From Antedon mediterranea (lineage: Eukaryota > Animalia > Echinodermata), in NCBI RefSeq assembly GCF_964355755.1, contig NC_092671.1:3844001-3908000 (forward strand): a stretch of DNA of 64,000 bases. The letters run 5' to 3'. Under the pieces are notes generated by a model. It had not been told where the DNA came from. It ran no database searches and saw only the letters and a program-made list of their open reading frames with translations. The translations under genes were made by a program, and so were the position numbers. How positions within the stretch are numbered: the stretch's first letter is position 1; every line of letters starts with the position of its first letter. Of this stretch, positions 13,183 to 23,729 are shown piece after piece.

Positions 13183-13745
13183 TCATTTCGTGGCGTTTGA
13201 ATATTCATTTTCTTTGCTTTCTACTTCTTTGTTGCTTCCTATTTTCTCTATTGATTGTACATATGAATTTTTAGGAACTTTAACAGCTTCCGTACCATGG
13301 GCAACTTGAAAACAATCTTGATATATATTGCATTCATCACAAAGTGGAATAATAAAACATGTGCTTTCATCATAACCATTAATGTAAATATGAGCTACGT
13401 CTTCGTCTACTTTTCAGATTTTCAGATTTCAGATAATATTTATTTAGATAATAATGAATGAATATATACAAAATAGAAAAAAGATATTAAAGTGAACATA
13501 GATAAAGCAGTAATTGGTAGTCATTATTATCATGGATCCCTTCTAGAAGTTAAAAACTTGTCTCGTAGGGACCCACAACAAAACACTTTCATGCGACATC
13601 TAGGGCAGCGGTCTGGAAATTCTTGCTTAGCGTATTTGCACCATGTAGCTTTCCAAGACCCATCAGGTACTTTATCACACGATGTAAAGTGTGCGTTTCT
13701 TACGTCTTGTTCACCGTCAAGTATTTTTACATCAGCATCATCCAT
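13183..13745 (-). pseudogene. HNH-like paralog 4, disrupted by a 176 bp insertion
   Basis: Near-identical to paralog 6 on both sides of an insertion at 13414-13589. The 3' part reads DEDVAHIY...IIPLCDECN...SNATK* (TGA at 13183-13185). The upstream flank is replaced by a repeat from about 13756. Confidence 0.85.
13414..13589 (-). mobile_element. 5'-truncated non-LTR retroposon 3' end (CR1/L2-like)
   Basis: ACTTT duplication at 13409-13413 and 13585-13589. The minus strand has a GGGTCCCT...AGGGATCC stem-loop, AATAAA and an (ATCTGAA)n tail. Confidence 0.7.
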
Positions 13746-14473
13746 ATTTGTTTTACCCTAGTCTGAGGTAATTTGTACTTTATATACTAAGTACATTGAG
13801 AATACGAAAAATTCTTGGGTGGAACTCGAACCCACATCACTACTAGCCTGGCGTTTATATATCTAGACCACTGAGCTTGCGCTGATGGCTAGAGGGTAGA
13901 TTCAGCGGGTACTGCACCAACAGGATTGTAATTGTTTGTAACTATGTGGAGCCGCTTGCGTCAGGGTGTATCTGACCAAGAATAAAGGGCTACCATTTTG
14001 AGTGTCACTTTCAATTCACAATGTTCCAAATATTAGTACCGTAGTAGTAGACAGTTATGTAGATTGTGTACCTTCATTGTTTTAAGAATCCCACTAATTT
14101 TAGATCCGCATACTTTTCTTTGCTTGCTACTTATTCGATTGATTCCTTCTTCGTTGCTTCTTATTTCTAATTCTCAGTATCCAAAAAAGCACTCTAAAAA
14201 TGTGGTATTTATAAAGTAGTAATAGCAATGTTATTAACCAGATAATGTAGAAAGTGCTTGACACATAATGCAGAGCAGAATATAAATTAAAATCCGGTTT
14301 GTTTTATTTACTGACTGAACTGTCGACGTGAATTAGATTTTTAAAAGAAGATGAAAAAGAACAATAAAGTACATATATACGGATCCAATCAACTGATTTT
14401 GATTTGTATACAAGTATCAAGAGTTCTGAGTATAAGACTTCAATAAGCATCACGTGTGACAAAAAAAAACACG

Positions 14474-14839
14474 TTAGCCATTTCCCTCTGCTCCTCCTCT
14501 TACATGTACTTCTCTGGCTTTCTCCACTCTAACAGCTGTTATATTCTCGACTTTAAAATAACCATCTGTGTCACTGTGTTGTTTCTTATTACATGAATGA
14601 CAAAGTGGTATAATGTAGTAAAATTGGTTCCTGTTGTTTCTTATCTTTTTAAGATAAACATGGGCTCCATCCATGGGTTTGTTGTTGCAATCCACAGTAG
14701 GGCATTCTGTTGGTAAATCACTGCCAACTTTTTTGATCCAAAATGTTATCCAGCTAGTGCTACTTGAAGGCGATCTATCGTACGTACCGGTAAAAACTAC
14801 GTTTTTAACTTCCTCACTTTCAATATCCTCTAAATCCAT
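14474..14839 (-). CDS. HNH-like Cys/His small protein, paralog 5 (121 aa, intronless)
   Basis: ATG at 14839 (MDLED...). Motifs VKNVVFT, SWITFW, CPTVDC, DGAHVY and IIPLCHSCN. Confidence 0.8.
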   Translation of the reverse strand: MDLEDIESEEVKNVVFTGTYDRSPSSSTSWITFWIKKVGSDLPTECPTVDCNNKPMDGAHVYLKKIRNNRNQFYYIIPLCHSCNKKQHSDTDGYFKVENITAVRVEKAREVHVRGGAEGNG

Positions 14840-16119
14840 GTTTGTCAACCAAACGGTAGTATTATTATCTTCTTATCAAATCCAAAAGTCAAGTCTAATC
14901 GGAGGCCCACGTTTTAAACTTGAATGTATGCTGTCGATCGTGCATACAATTATATTGTGTGCATTTTGCTCAAAGGTTCAATGACTCTATTATACTTATT
15001 TATTTTAGGATGATGGCAGTTTTTGTCGTGATTAGCATTGTTATATACGTGTGGTGATAAACATCTTTTCAAGTTTTGCTAAAAAGAAATATTGTATGAT
15101 AGTAGTATTTCATTGTCAAGTTTCTACAACAAACATTTTTGTTAAAATATATATTACGTGTATTTGTCACAGTAGGTTCATTTATACAATAACCGAATTG
15201 TGGGCATATAAATAAATTGAATAATTCTTTTAAAATATGGATTACACAATAGCCAGTTTAGTAGAATGATATAGACAGTAATTTTATTCTTTCTTCCTCA
15301 AACTAACTAGAACCTTTTTAGCAAAATGAAGTCGGTGCTTCTATGTCTAGGTCATATACTTGATATGACATAAATTCACAATGCTAATAGATACCCAAAT
15401 TATGGCAATGTTTAAAACGTTTATTTCTCAAATTTCAATTCAATTCATATTTCAGTTTCCAGTGTTTTCAAATCCATGAATGCATTTTAACAGCTACAGC
15501 AATGTATTTTGCTTGAAGTACGAATGTAGAAGGTGAATAGATACCAAGAAACATTTAGGCCCGGAGGTTCTGAATGAAAAGCAAACACAAAATATTGTGC
15601 ACAAATACCACTAGCATGCGTATGCGCAACATAAATGCCTTAGCTAATTATACTGATTGGTTTGCTATTCAGTAGAACTGAGTTATTCCTTGATGGTTAA
15701 TTCTCAGTCTCGGTGCAAAAAAGGATGTGCATTTTTTCAACCACGCTCCATCCAACCTCCCTAATCTGCTTTAAAAACATGTAAGATTAACACACAACTT
15801 AGGCCTACCTACAATCGTATTATAATATTGTTATCTATCATCTATTACAGTAGTTTCGTTCTTACCTTTATATATATATACTGTCTAATCTATCTATCTA
15901 CTATCTATCTAATAAGTGAGATATGCATATAAAAATGATAAAACAAAAACCTCGAAAATGTGAGGCAAGCCATTATGATTCTATATTTTGAAAAACAGAA
16001 GCATAATGGACGTTTGCCTCCCTTTTTTGGGAGATCATGGGTTTGTTGTTCATACTGCATTTATAATATTGTTTCTGTGCTTTTCTGTTTTCACTAATCA
16101 TTTTATTGTGATTTTACAG

Positions 16120-17578
16120 CATTTACAGTTCGTCTTCTAACAAAGCGTTTTATCGGGGAATATTCACAAAACGAAGGTTGGTACATTCCTTTCCTTATGA
16201 AGCTTTTTAGTTTTGGGACGGTAGATCGACGAAGACAATAATTTATACAGAATATTAATCTGTAAAGGGGCGAGCCCTACGCAACGTTCCGTTTATTATC
16301 GGTAATGTATTCCGTCATTCTTATGATACTGTTCCGAAACGAAGACTCACTATTATTATCATCACTAACATGACATTAATAATCATTGGAATCATTGGTA
16401 TTGTCACGACGTCCATTAGTGTTTCGGGTTTTATTACGATCCAGTCTCATCTCTTTATAGCATGCGTATAGCATGCGTTTATCATAGAATGATTAGGCAT
16501 ATAGAAAAGAATGTATTATATATATAACCAGGGACTTCCGTAGTTATACTTCTATTTATAATAATACGTGTTAAGATTAAGAACTAAGTGATACACATTG
16601 TTTATATAATATACTATTGTAGGCCTATGTATATATTTGTTCCATGTGTTTACCTTAGCAGCTGAGATGACGTATCGGCAACCAATGGATTTTGCTGGTG
16701 AGTGGATAAATCTGGAATTACGGGATATCAAATCTGAACTACTGGTTAGTATCCTTGTTTCATTTTAAATTAACAATAATATTTATCGAATATTTAATAG
16801 TAGGCCTAGGCCTATATTACAATGATTGTATTCCAATGGTGTATTTTCCCGCCGAGTTTTAACTGGACAAGTCCATCTTGGCCCACATAACAATACTATA
16901 CGTTTTGTTTTTACTAGTATTTTAGCGCCACACAAAGCTTTTCCCTCCTCTGACGCAACACAACAACGCAGGCGCGGCACAACGCAAGTTATCCACCACC
17001 GCGTCGTGATTGGTCAAATTACATGTGGCGCGCTTACGTTGCGTTGATTCTTAGCTTATGGGAACCAAGCTATAAGTAATTCTACGAATTACATCATTTT
17101 TCTTTTTAGCCATTAATCTTTTTTAAGAATTAATTATTTAATATTTTTCATAAATCAAGAAAAAAGACGAATCGACTCAACTAGAGTCTGCTATAAAATG
17201 GGCCGATGGATTTGTTCTTATATAATCCGCAGATGACAGAGAAAGTTTCAATGCCGTTTCAGACTTTCATAAATTCATTGACATTGCGAAACGAACTGTG
17301 AACACACCAGCGATAATACAGTAGTTGGTAATAAAACGGAGAGTGTGAACAGAGAAGTTACCAAAGAAGAAGGCGAGCGTATTGCCGAAAACCTTAAATG
17401 TCCGTTTTACGAATTGTCTGTAGCCGAAAGCTACGAGAACATTAAAACGAGTTTTGACGGGATTCTCTTAGAGATGAGATCAGAATATTTCAAACATTTA
17501 GCGGCTGTGGAAAAATTTTCTCGAGCAATTAATATTAAACATTGTAAGTCGACACGGAGTCGAAGTAAACCAATGTAG
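16120..17578 (+). pseudogene. RERG/RERGL-like GTPase pseudogene (exons 2-4 only)
   Basis: Exons 16120-16176, 16662-16744 and 17160-17578. TAC>TAA stop at 17223-17225 and a 5 nt CAGTA insertion near 17319-17323. No exon 1 of its own was found. Confidence 0.85.
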
Positions 17579-18269
17579 CGGCACGTTACACCCGCTTCTC
17601 TGTACTGTATCTCCACATATTATCAAGTCCAGTTTCAAGGCAAATTCTATAATACATATGGCGGCTGCTTCATGTTATGGCTTAGTAACTCTTATGACCT
17701 ATGATACAGGCATCACATGCGATATATGTGACACTGTATCAAAGAATTTGCCTATGATACTGATTATATATAGATACAGTACCGAGAATCGGCTACACAT
17801 ACTGCTAATATACATAATAAAGTTGTTAATTATTTATTTTCAAATATCTTGGATGTTCTGTTTTACAATAAAAATAAATAAAGGTTGTTACATGTAGTGT
17901 ATTCTTTATTGATAACATTTAATTTGTTTTACAAGAAAAAGGAATATTATACGAATTATAAGATCCTCCATATATATATTGGTGAATTTAGTGAAACGTG
18001 GTGTGTACGTGTCGTGATGTCATTTGGTGATGATGGTAATGGTAATTATAGGGTTCGATGTTGATGATGACGGTGTAAAATGGTGATGATGATGACAATA
18101 TTAAGCACAGCCTGAAATCACTTCAATATGCCAGAATAGAAATAATAGTCAAGTTGTTATTACATCTATACATAGAAATATTGCTTCTTGATTGGTATAC
18201 AATTATTAGTAATGGATTAGTACAACTGGGTACGGTCCTGTATTGTGAAGGCAAGAGATTAAAGTTGAA

Positions 18270-18880
18270 GACCTCGAAATTGCTTGCAGTAGTTTAATGT
18301 CAACAGTACCGATTCACGGTAAAATTAAAGACGGTCCGGTAATTTACACATGGACAAATGTAACTTAACAGAAAGACGGAGACCTGTATTACTTGCAGTA
18401 GTATAATGTCAACAGTACCGATTTACGGTAAAATTAAAGACGGTCCGGTAATTTACACATGGACAAATGTAACTTAACAGAAAGACGGAGACATGTATTA
18501 CTTGCAGTAGTATAATGTCAACAGTACCGATTTACGGTAAAATTAAAGACAGTCCGGTAATTTACACATGGACAAATTAATGTAACTTAACAGAAAGACG
18601 GAGACCTGTATTACTTGCAGTATACTAGAATGTCGACAGACCAAGATAATTTACACCTACAACAATGTAATTCTGAGAGAAGTTGGACATCATGCAGTAA
18701 TTAGTAGTAGAATATCGACAGTACCGATGTGCAGTAAAGTAGATAAAAGACAGTCCAGTATTTTACACCAGGAAAATGTAACTCCGAGGAACGTTGGACA
18801 CTCGATATTACTTGCAGTAGAAGAATGTCGACATGTAAAGTAGATGAAGGACAGTCCAATTTACACTAGAACATTGCAGC
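18270..18880. repeat. ~109 bp tandem repeat (three near-identical units plus degenerate ones)
   Basis: CTTGCAGTAG recurs at 18283, 18392 and 18501, and the units decay afterwards. Confidence 0.8.
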
Positions 18881-18937
18881 AGGAATATAATTTCACAGTA
18901 TACAACATGTCTCATCTTGAAGAACCAATGGCCTTAT

Positions 18938-19324
18938 TTACTTTGAGGCGTTGGAATATCCATTTCCTTTGCTTTCTACTTCTTTGATCCTTCCTATTTT
19001 TTCTATTGACTGTAAATATGAATGTTTAGGGACTTTAACAGCTTCCGTACCCTGGGCAATTTGAAACCAATCTTGATACATATTACATTCATCACAAAGC
19101 GGTATAATAAAACATGTGCTTTCATCATAACCTTTAACGTAAATATGAGCTACGTCTTCGGCTACTTTCGTGCGACATCTAGGGCAGCGGTCTGGAAATT
19201 CTTGCTCAGCGTATTTGCACCATGTTGCTTTCCAAGACACTTCAGGTGGTTCATCACACGAGGTAAAGTGTGCGTTTCTTACGTCTTGTTCACCGTCAAG
19301 TATTTTTACTTCACCATCATCCAT
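18938..19324 (-). CDS. HNH-like Cys/His small protein, paralog 6 (128 aa, intronless)
   Basis: ATG at 19324 (MDDGEV...). Motifs VRNAHFT, SWKATW, CPRC, DVAHIY and IIPLCDECN. Confidence 0.8.
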   Translation of the reverse strand: MDDGEVKILDGEQDVRNAHFTSCDEPPEVSWKATWCKYAEQEFPDRCPRCRTKVAEDVAHIYVKGYDESTCFIIPLCDECNMYQDWFQIAQGTEAVKVPKHSYLQSIEKIGRIKEVESKGNGYSNASK

Positions 19325-21269
19325 ATTTTGTAACAATAAATGATCACACAAAATAGTAACTAAGAGGTAAGTAAGTTGTAAAAAAAACAAAACACATAAA
19401 TCCAACTGGCAATCAATATGGAATATACACTCATACCAAAGTCTATTCATTCATTCGTTCTTTCATTTGGTCAAAATCAATAAATGAATGATTGCTTTTC
19501 CTTTGAATTTAAATATGAATATCAATATTAATGTTTTTCATCACATCGCATTTCTGTATTGGTTTACAATTATTAATAGTGAATGACAATGGGGTTACCG
19601 TATGGCGATAATACACAACAACGCCTGTTTTGATAACTGACACTTTTTAATTTTCTCGGCTTTAAAATTCATTGGAATAATTGATTTTGTTAGGTTTTCC
19701 AGGTTGTTGTTTTGTTTTTATTCCCAGTTACAAAATGTCTATATGGCCTCGTGGAGTTATCTAAATGCATTGGAATAATTAATTACAATAGTGTGTAGTG
19801 GATTTACGAATCAGTTGGCTAATCGGTCGTCTACATTATAATATAGTATTGATATAAAGGAAAATCTCCTTAAATTAATTATATAACAAGGTGCTTTTTA
19901 GAAATGTATTATTGCAAAATGTTATCTTTTAAATGCATTGTATATAATAGTTGTGTTATATAGTAATATGACATTTGGGTATGAAGGGTCTCAACGCACA
20001 TACAGAGCCAAAATAACATTGTAAACTTGCACAGTGACGTGTATGGCCTCTAACCTAACCTAACCTTACGATCTTTTCATTTTTTCATGTTATCATTCTA
20101 AATATCTTATTTTCAAATTCTTTTGCATTCTTTTATTCATCTTTATTCATTTATTTCTTGGTGAAAAGGAGGGTATTTGATAGTCCTCCCCTGAGTTTAT
20201 TATAAGAGAATATAACAATGACCACTGTCATGAACGATTTTAATAAATTTTTATCGTCTTTTTATTACCATTTTGTTATTTATAAATTTTAATTAATTTT
20301 ATCATTGTAAATGAAGGCAAATTTGGTGTATGACATCGAAATCAATCATCTTATGTATATATAAGCATCACTGATATTTTGATAAGCATATATTTATTTA
20401 TTTTAACTACTTTAAACACTGTAACATAATAACGACATACAAATGCAAATAACGCCTCATGTTACGAAGCTTTCATTCGACACACGTGGTGTTAATTCGT
20501 GAAAAAAAAGAGACTAAGAACAGAAATTCAAGAGTTCTACTATCACAATTATTATTTAATTCCGCTTAAACACCATAAATGATTGAGACAAACAATAACA
20601 ATGGACGTATATTCAAATGTTATTGGAAAAAGATGATGTCATGGAATCAAAACAATGCTGTTAGTGCTATCCCGATCAAGGTCTTGGGTTAAGTTGTACT
20701 ACGTCACCAACTGTAGTTGTCTGAATATTACATCACAGTTTAATATAATACAAATAGATAATAACAGTAAAGTGTATGATATACCAAAACCAAAGAAGTT
20801 TTAAAATCATATTTAAAATCAAAAGAAGCAGCCATATGATGATATTTTGTAAAATGAAACATTTAACATTCAATTTAGAAATACTTAATACATTGTAACC
20901 AGTAAATAATCTAAATAACCGTAATATCCAAACAAACATACAAGCGATCTTCAATACAAATTTTACTGTTTTACAAAAGTTCTGCGAAAAATGATAATGT
21001 TGTTGAACCGACCAGAGTGTTACTGCTCTCTTTACTCTATCACCTCTTATCAGGTGTTTTACTTACAATCAGTCATGATAATTACAACAAATTCGATCAA
21101 ATTTAAAGCAAACTGCAAATGACAAGCAGTCGAACACAACATTGCAAATAAGTTGAACTGAAGCATTATACAGCATTGCTATAAATACATTAAAAACAAA
21201 TATTTGAAGCTTTCTTCTGAGTAGACGTCTGTGGTTCTTTACTGACAAAATGCTAATTCCCCAAGGTAG

Positions 21270-21440
21270 ACCGGTCTTAGGGACGACAGAGAACAGTAGT
21301 GAGGTGCTGAAATGTTGGTGTCCGAGTGACAAGACGTGCAGCACTATTCATTAGTAGTTGAAGTCTTATAGATGTTTGAGACATGCATTCGTAGAAAACT
21401 CCATTGCAATAGTCCAATCTGGATGAGTTCGCATTCATTG
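21270..21440 (-). mobile_element. Decayed L2-type LINE fragment (C-terminal part of ORF2)
   Basis: Minus-strand translation SSRLDYCNGVFY...RLQLLMNSAARLVTRT matches the L2 motif SRLDYCN...LQxxQNxAARL. Confidence 0.7.
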
Positions 21441-21526
21441 GTTAAATGGAACTATCCATAATTCATTTGTGTGGTTAGAAATAATGGTAATTATGATGAA
21501 TCTAACCAGTTTTTCTTCGTTGCTTC

Positions 21527-21865
21527 CTACTTCTTTGTTTTTTCACAGTCCTTTCTTGGCACTTTAACAGCTTTCGTACCGTTAACAACTCGAAACCAAC
21601 CTGAAACCCTCCTACTGCATTTATGACAAAGCGGTATAGTGTGCAGGTAATCATTATCAGTATATTGAACTTCAACATGGGCTCCGTCAGTGGGTTCCTC
21701 CGTGCCACCAAACCTAGCGCAGTGTCCTGGAAAATCTCTTGCTACGTGTTTGCACCATGTTGATTTCCAAGACCCATCGGGCGAATTATCACACCAGGTA
21801 GACGATGCGTTTTTTACTTTGCTATCACCAGGTATTGATATTATGGTAAAATTTGTATTAGGCAT
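21527..21865 (-). CDS. HNH-like Cys/His small protein, paralog 7 (112 aa, intronless)
   Basis: ATG at 21865 (MPNTN...). Motifs VKNASST, SWKSTW, CARFGG (second Cys lost), DGAHVE and TIPLCHKCS. Confidence 0.75.
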   Translation of the reverse strand: MPNTNFTIISIPGDSKVKNASSTWCDNSPDGSWKSTWCKHVARDFPGHCARFGGTEEPTDGAHVEVQYTDNDYLHTIPLCHKCSRRVSGWFRVVNGTKAVKVPRKDCEKTKK

Positions 21866-23729
21866 ATTTAGGTTGATACAGTATAATTCTTCAATAAACC
21901 AACACACAAATTATAATGACAAGTAGTACGTTTCCAGTTTGGAATTTTACTCATAGTGTCACGCCTATAATGAAAAGATTGTTTTTTTTCTCTTTAAAAT
22001 TTTAATAAGAATACAATCAGTATTCATGTATTTCATAACATCCTAACATATATTGCTTTTTTGGTCTACAATAATTAATAGAACGATGCGAGTACAATGG
22101 CTTCGATGGAACACTATGCATTAGAATAATTGGTTATCCGCACTTGGAGGATAACCTACTGTGATTATTATGAATCTTTTTTCCAAAACTATATTCTTAT
22201 TTCTTTTTGCCATTTTCTGTACAGATTTTCTCTAAAACTTGTAAAAAGAACATTATGAAACTTTGTCCGTATGAATATGAAATAACTTTAAATATCCGAA
22301 TGGTTACAACATTTCTTTATGGCTAGCTTCAAATCGACGTAATGCACTTGAACGTTTTACTGTTATTGCATCATGACATACTGTAGGCCTATAGTAATCT
22401 GTTTTTCTATCCAATGTTCTTATGACATTTGTCAGGACTCATTTTGGCGATTGGTTATCACAATGGAGCTATATGCCCACCTAATTTTATAAAGCTTTGT
22501 TCCAACTAGAAAGAGAAATGTCTGCCGCAACGTAAAGAACATACTCTGCTATTAGTTTGTGTTCATGAAAAAGAAACTAAAGAACGAAATTCAAGATACT
22601 GTATTCTACCTTCACCATTTTAATTCATTCCGCATAAAAGCATAAAATAAGAAAGCAATATGATTAATAATAAACATTATTGACATAATTATATCAAAGT
22701 TTAAAAAAAAGAATAATCTAATTTATGTCAACAGAGGCATTAGCCGGTCAGTAATTATATGGTAACTTTTTTTTCGGACTCAAAACAGTCACAGCTAAAA
22801 TCTTAAAAGCTAAAAGTTCATAAAGGATGATTTAAAATCTGGATGAAGTTAGTTTAAACAATATTTTGAGCGGTGCTTGTAACTTTCTTACACTTATTTC
22901 AAGATAGTAGGCCTAATCCAGTTTTAAGTTCGTGTTTAATATGTACCGTTCACTTGCATCTCACGGATGACCGGTAATAGTTGCATGATGAAGGTGTTGA
23001 TGGCGACGATGACTTATGATCGATATTGTTTCATGTTATTGAAGACTGAATTGAAGACTATTCTTTCTACACAATTTTCAACTTATTTAATTATCTATTT
23101 ACTAATTTATTTTACTTTTTTTTTTTAATTTTTTAAATATTTGTGTTACTCATCAATTTACTGTAACGAATTTTAAGTATACATGTTTAACATGTTATCG
23201 TAACTGGAATTATATAATTATTCGGTCCAGTCATTTAAAGATTTAATAAAACACTAATAAAACTAATAAAAAAACTAATATGTAGTGGTCCTAATGAGCC
23301 ATTTTTAAAAAATGATTTCCATTGGTAACAGCAGCATCAGCATTTTAAAATGTGCATAGTTCATTTTATTTGTTTTAAATACAATTGCGTAAATTTAGTT
23401 AAAGTTAGTAACACAGAAAAAGATAATAATATTTGAGAAATACAATACTCTGATAAACCATTAATTAGCCTAACTTAGTTGATTAAAGAGCATAATTTAA
23501 TGTAGCATAATTTAATGTGGAATAAAAGAAGGAAGCGTTTCGTTCTTACCCTAAATCGCCTTCTAGAGCTTAACCATCGATAATTACTATAGAGTGGATG
23601 GGACAAAAAGATTGAGAAAGGAAATGTGGAAACCGAACCCACACAAATGGAAGTAAATAATGCTGATTCTGATTGGTAACAAAAAATCTTGGCTACAACT
23701 GGGTCCATAAAAGGGTGACGCACATTATT

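Noticed and set aside
13414-13589. The insertion in paralog 4 as a spliceosomal intron
   Set aside because: No GT-AG register restores the paralog 6 reading frame, and it has a TSD and a retroposon-like tail.
23475-23723. 82 aa ORF just downstream of the IFIT-like gene as a continuation or second gene
   Set aside because: Non-ATG start, no TPR character and no recognisable motif; likely 3' UTR.
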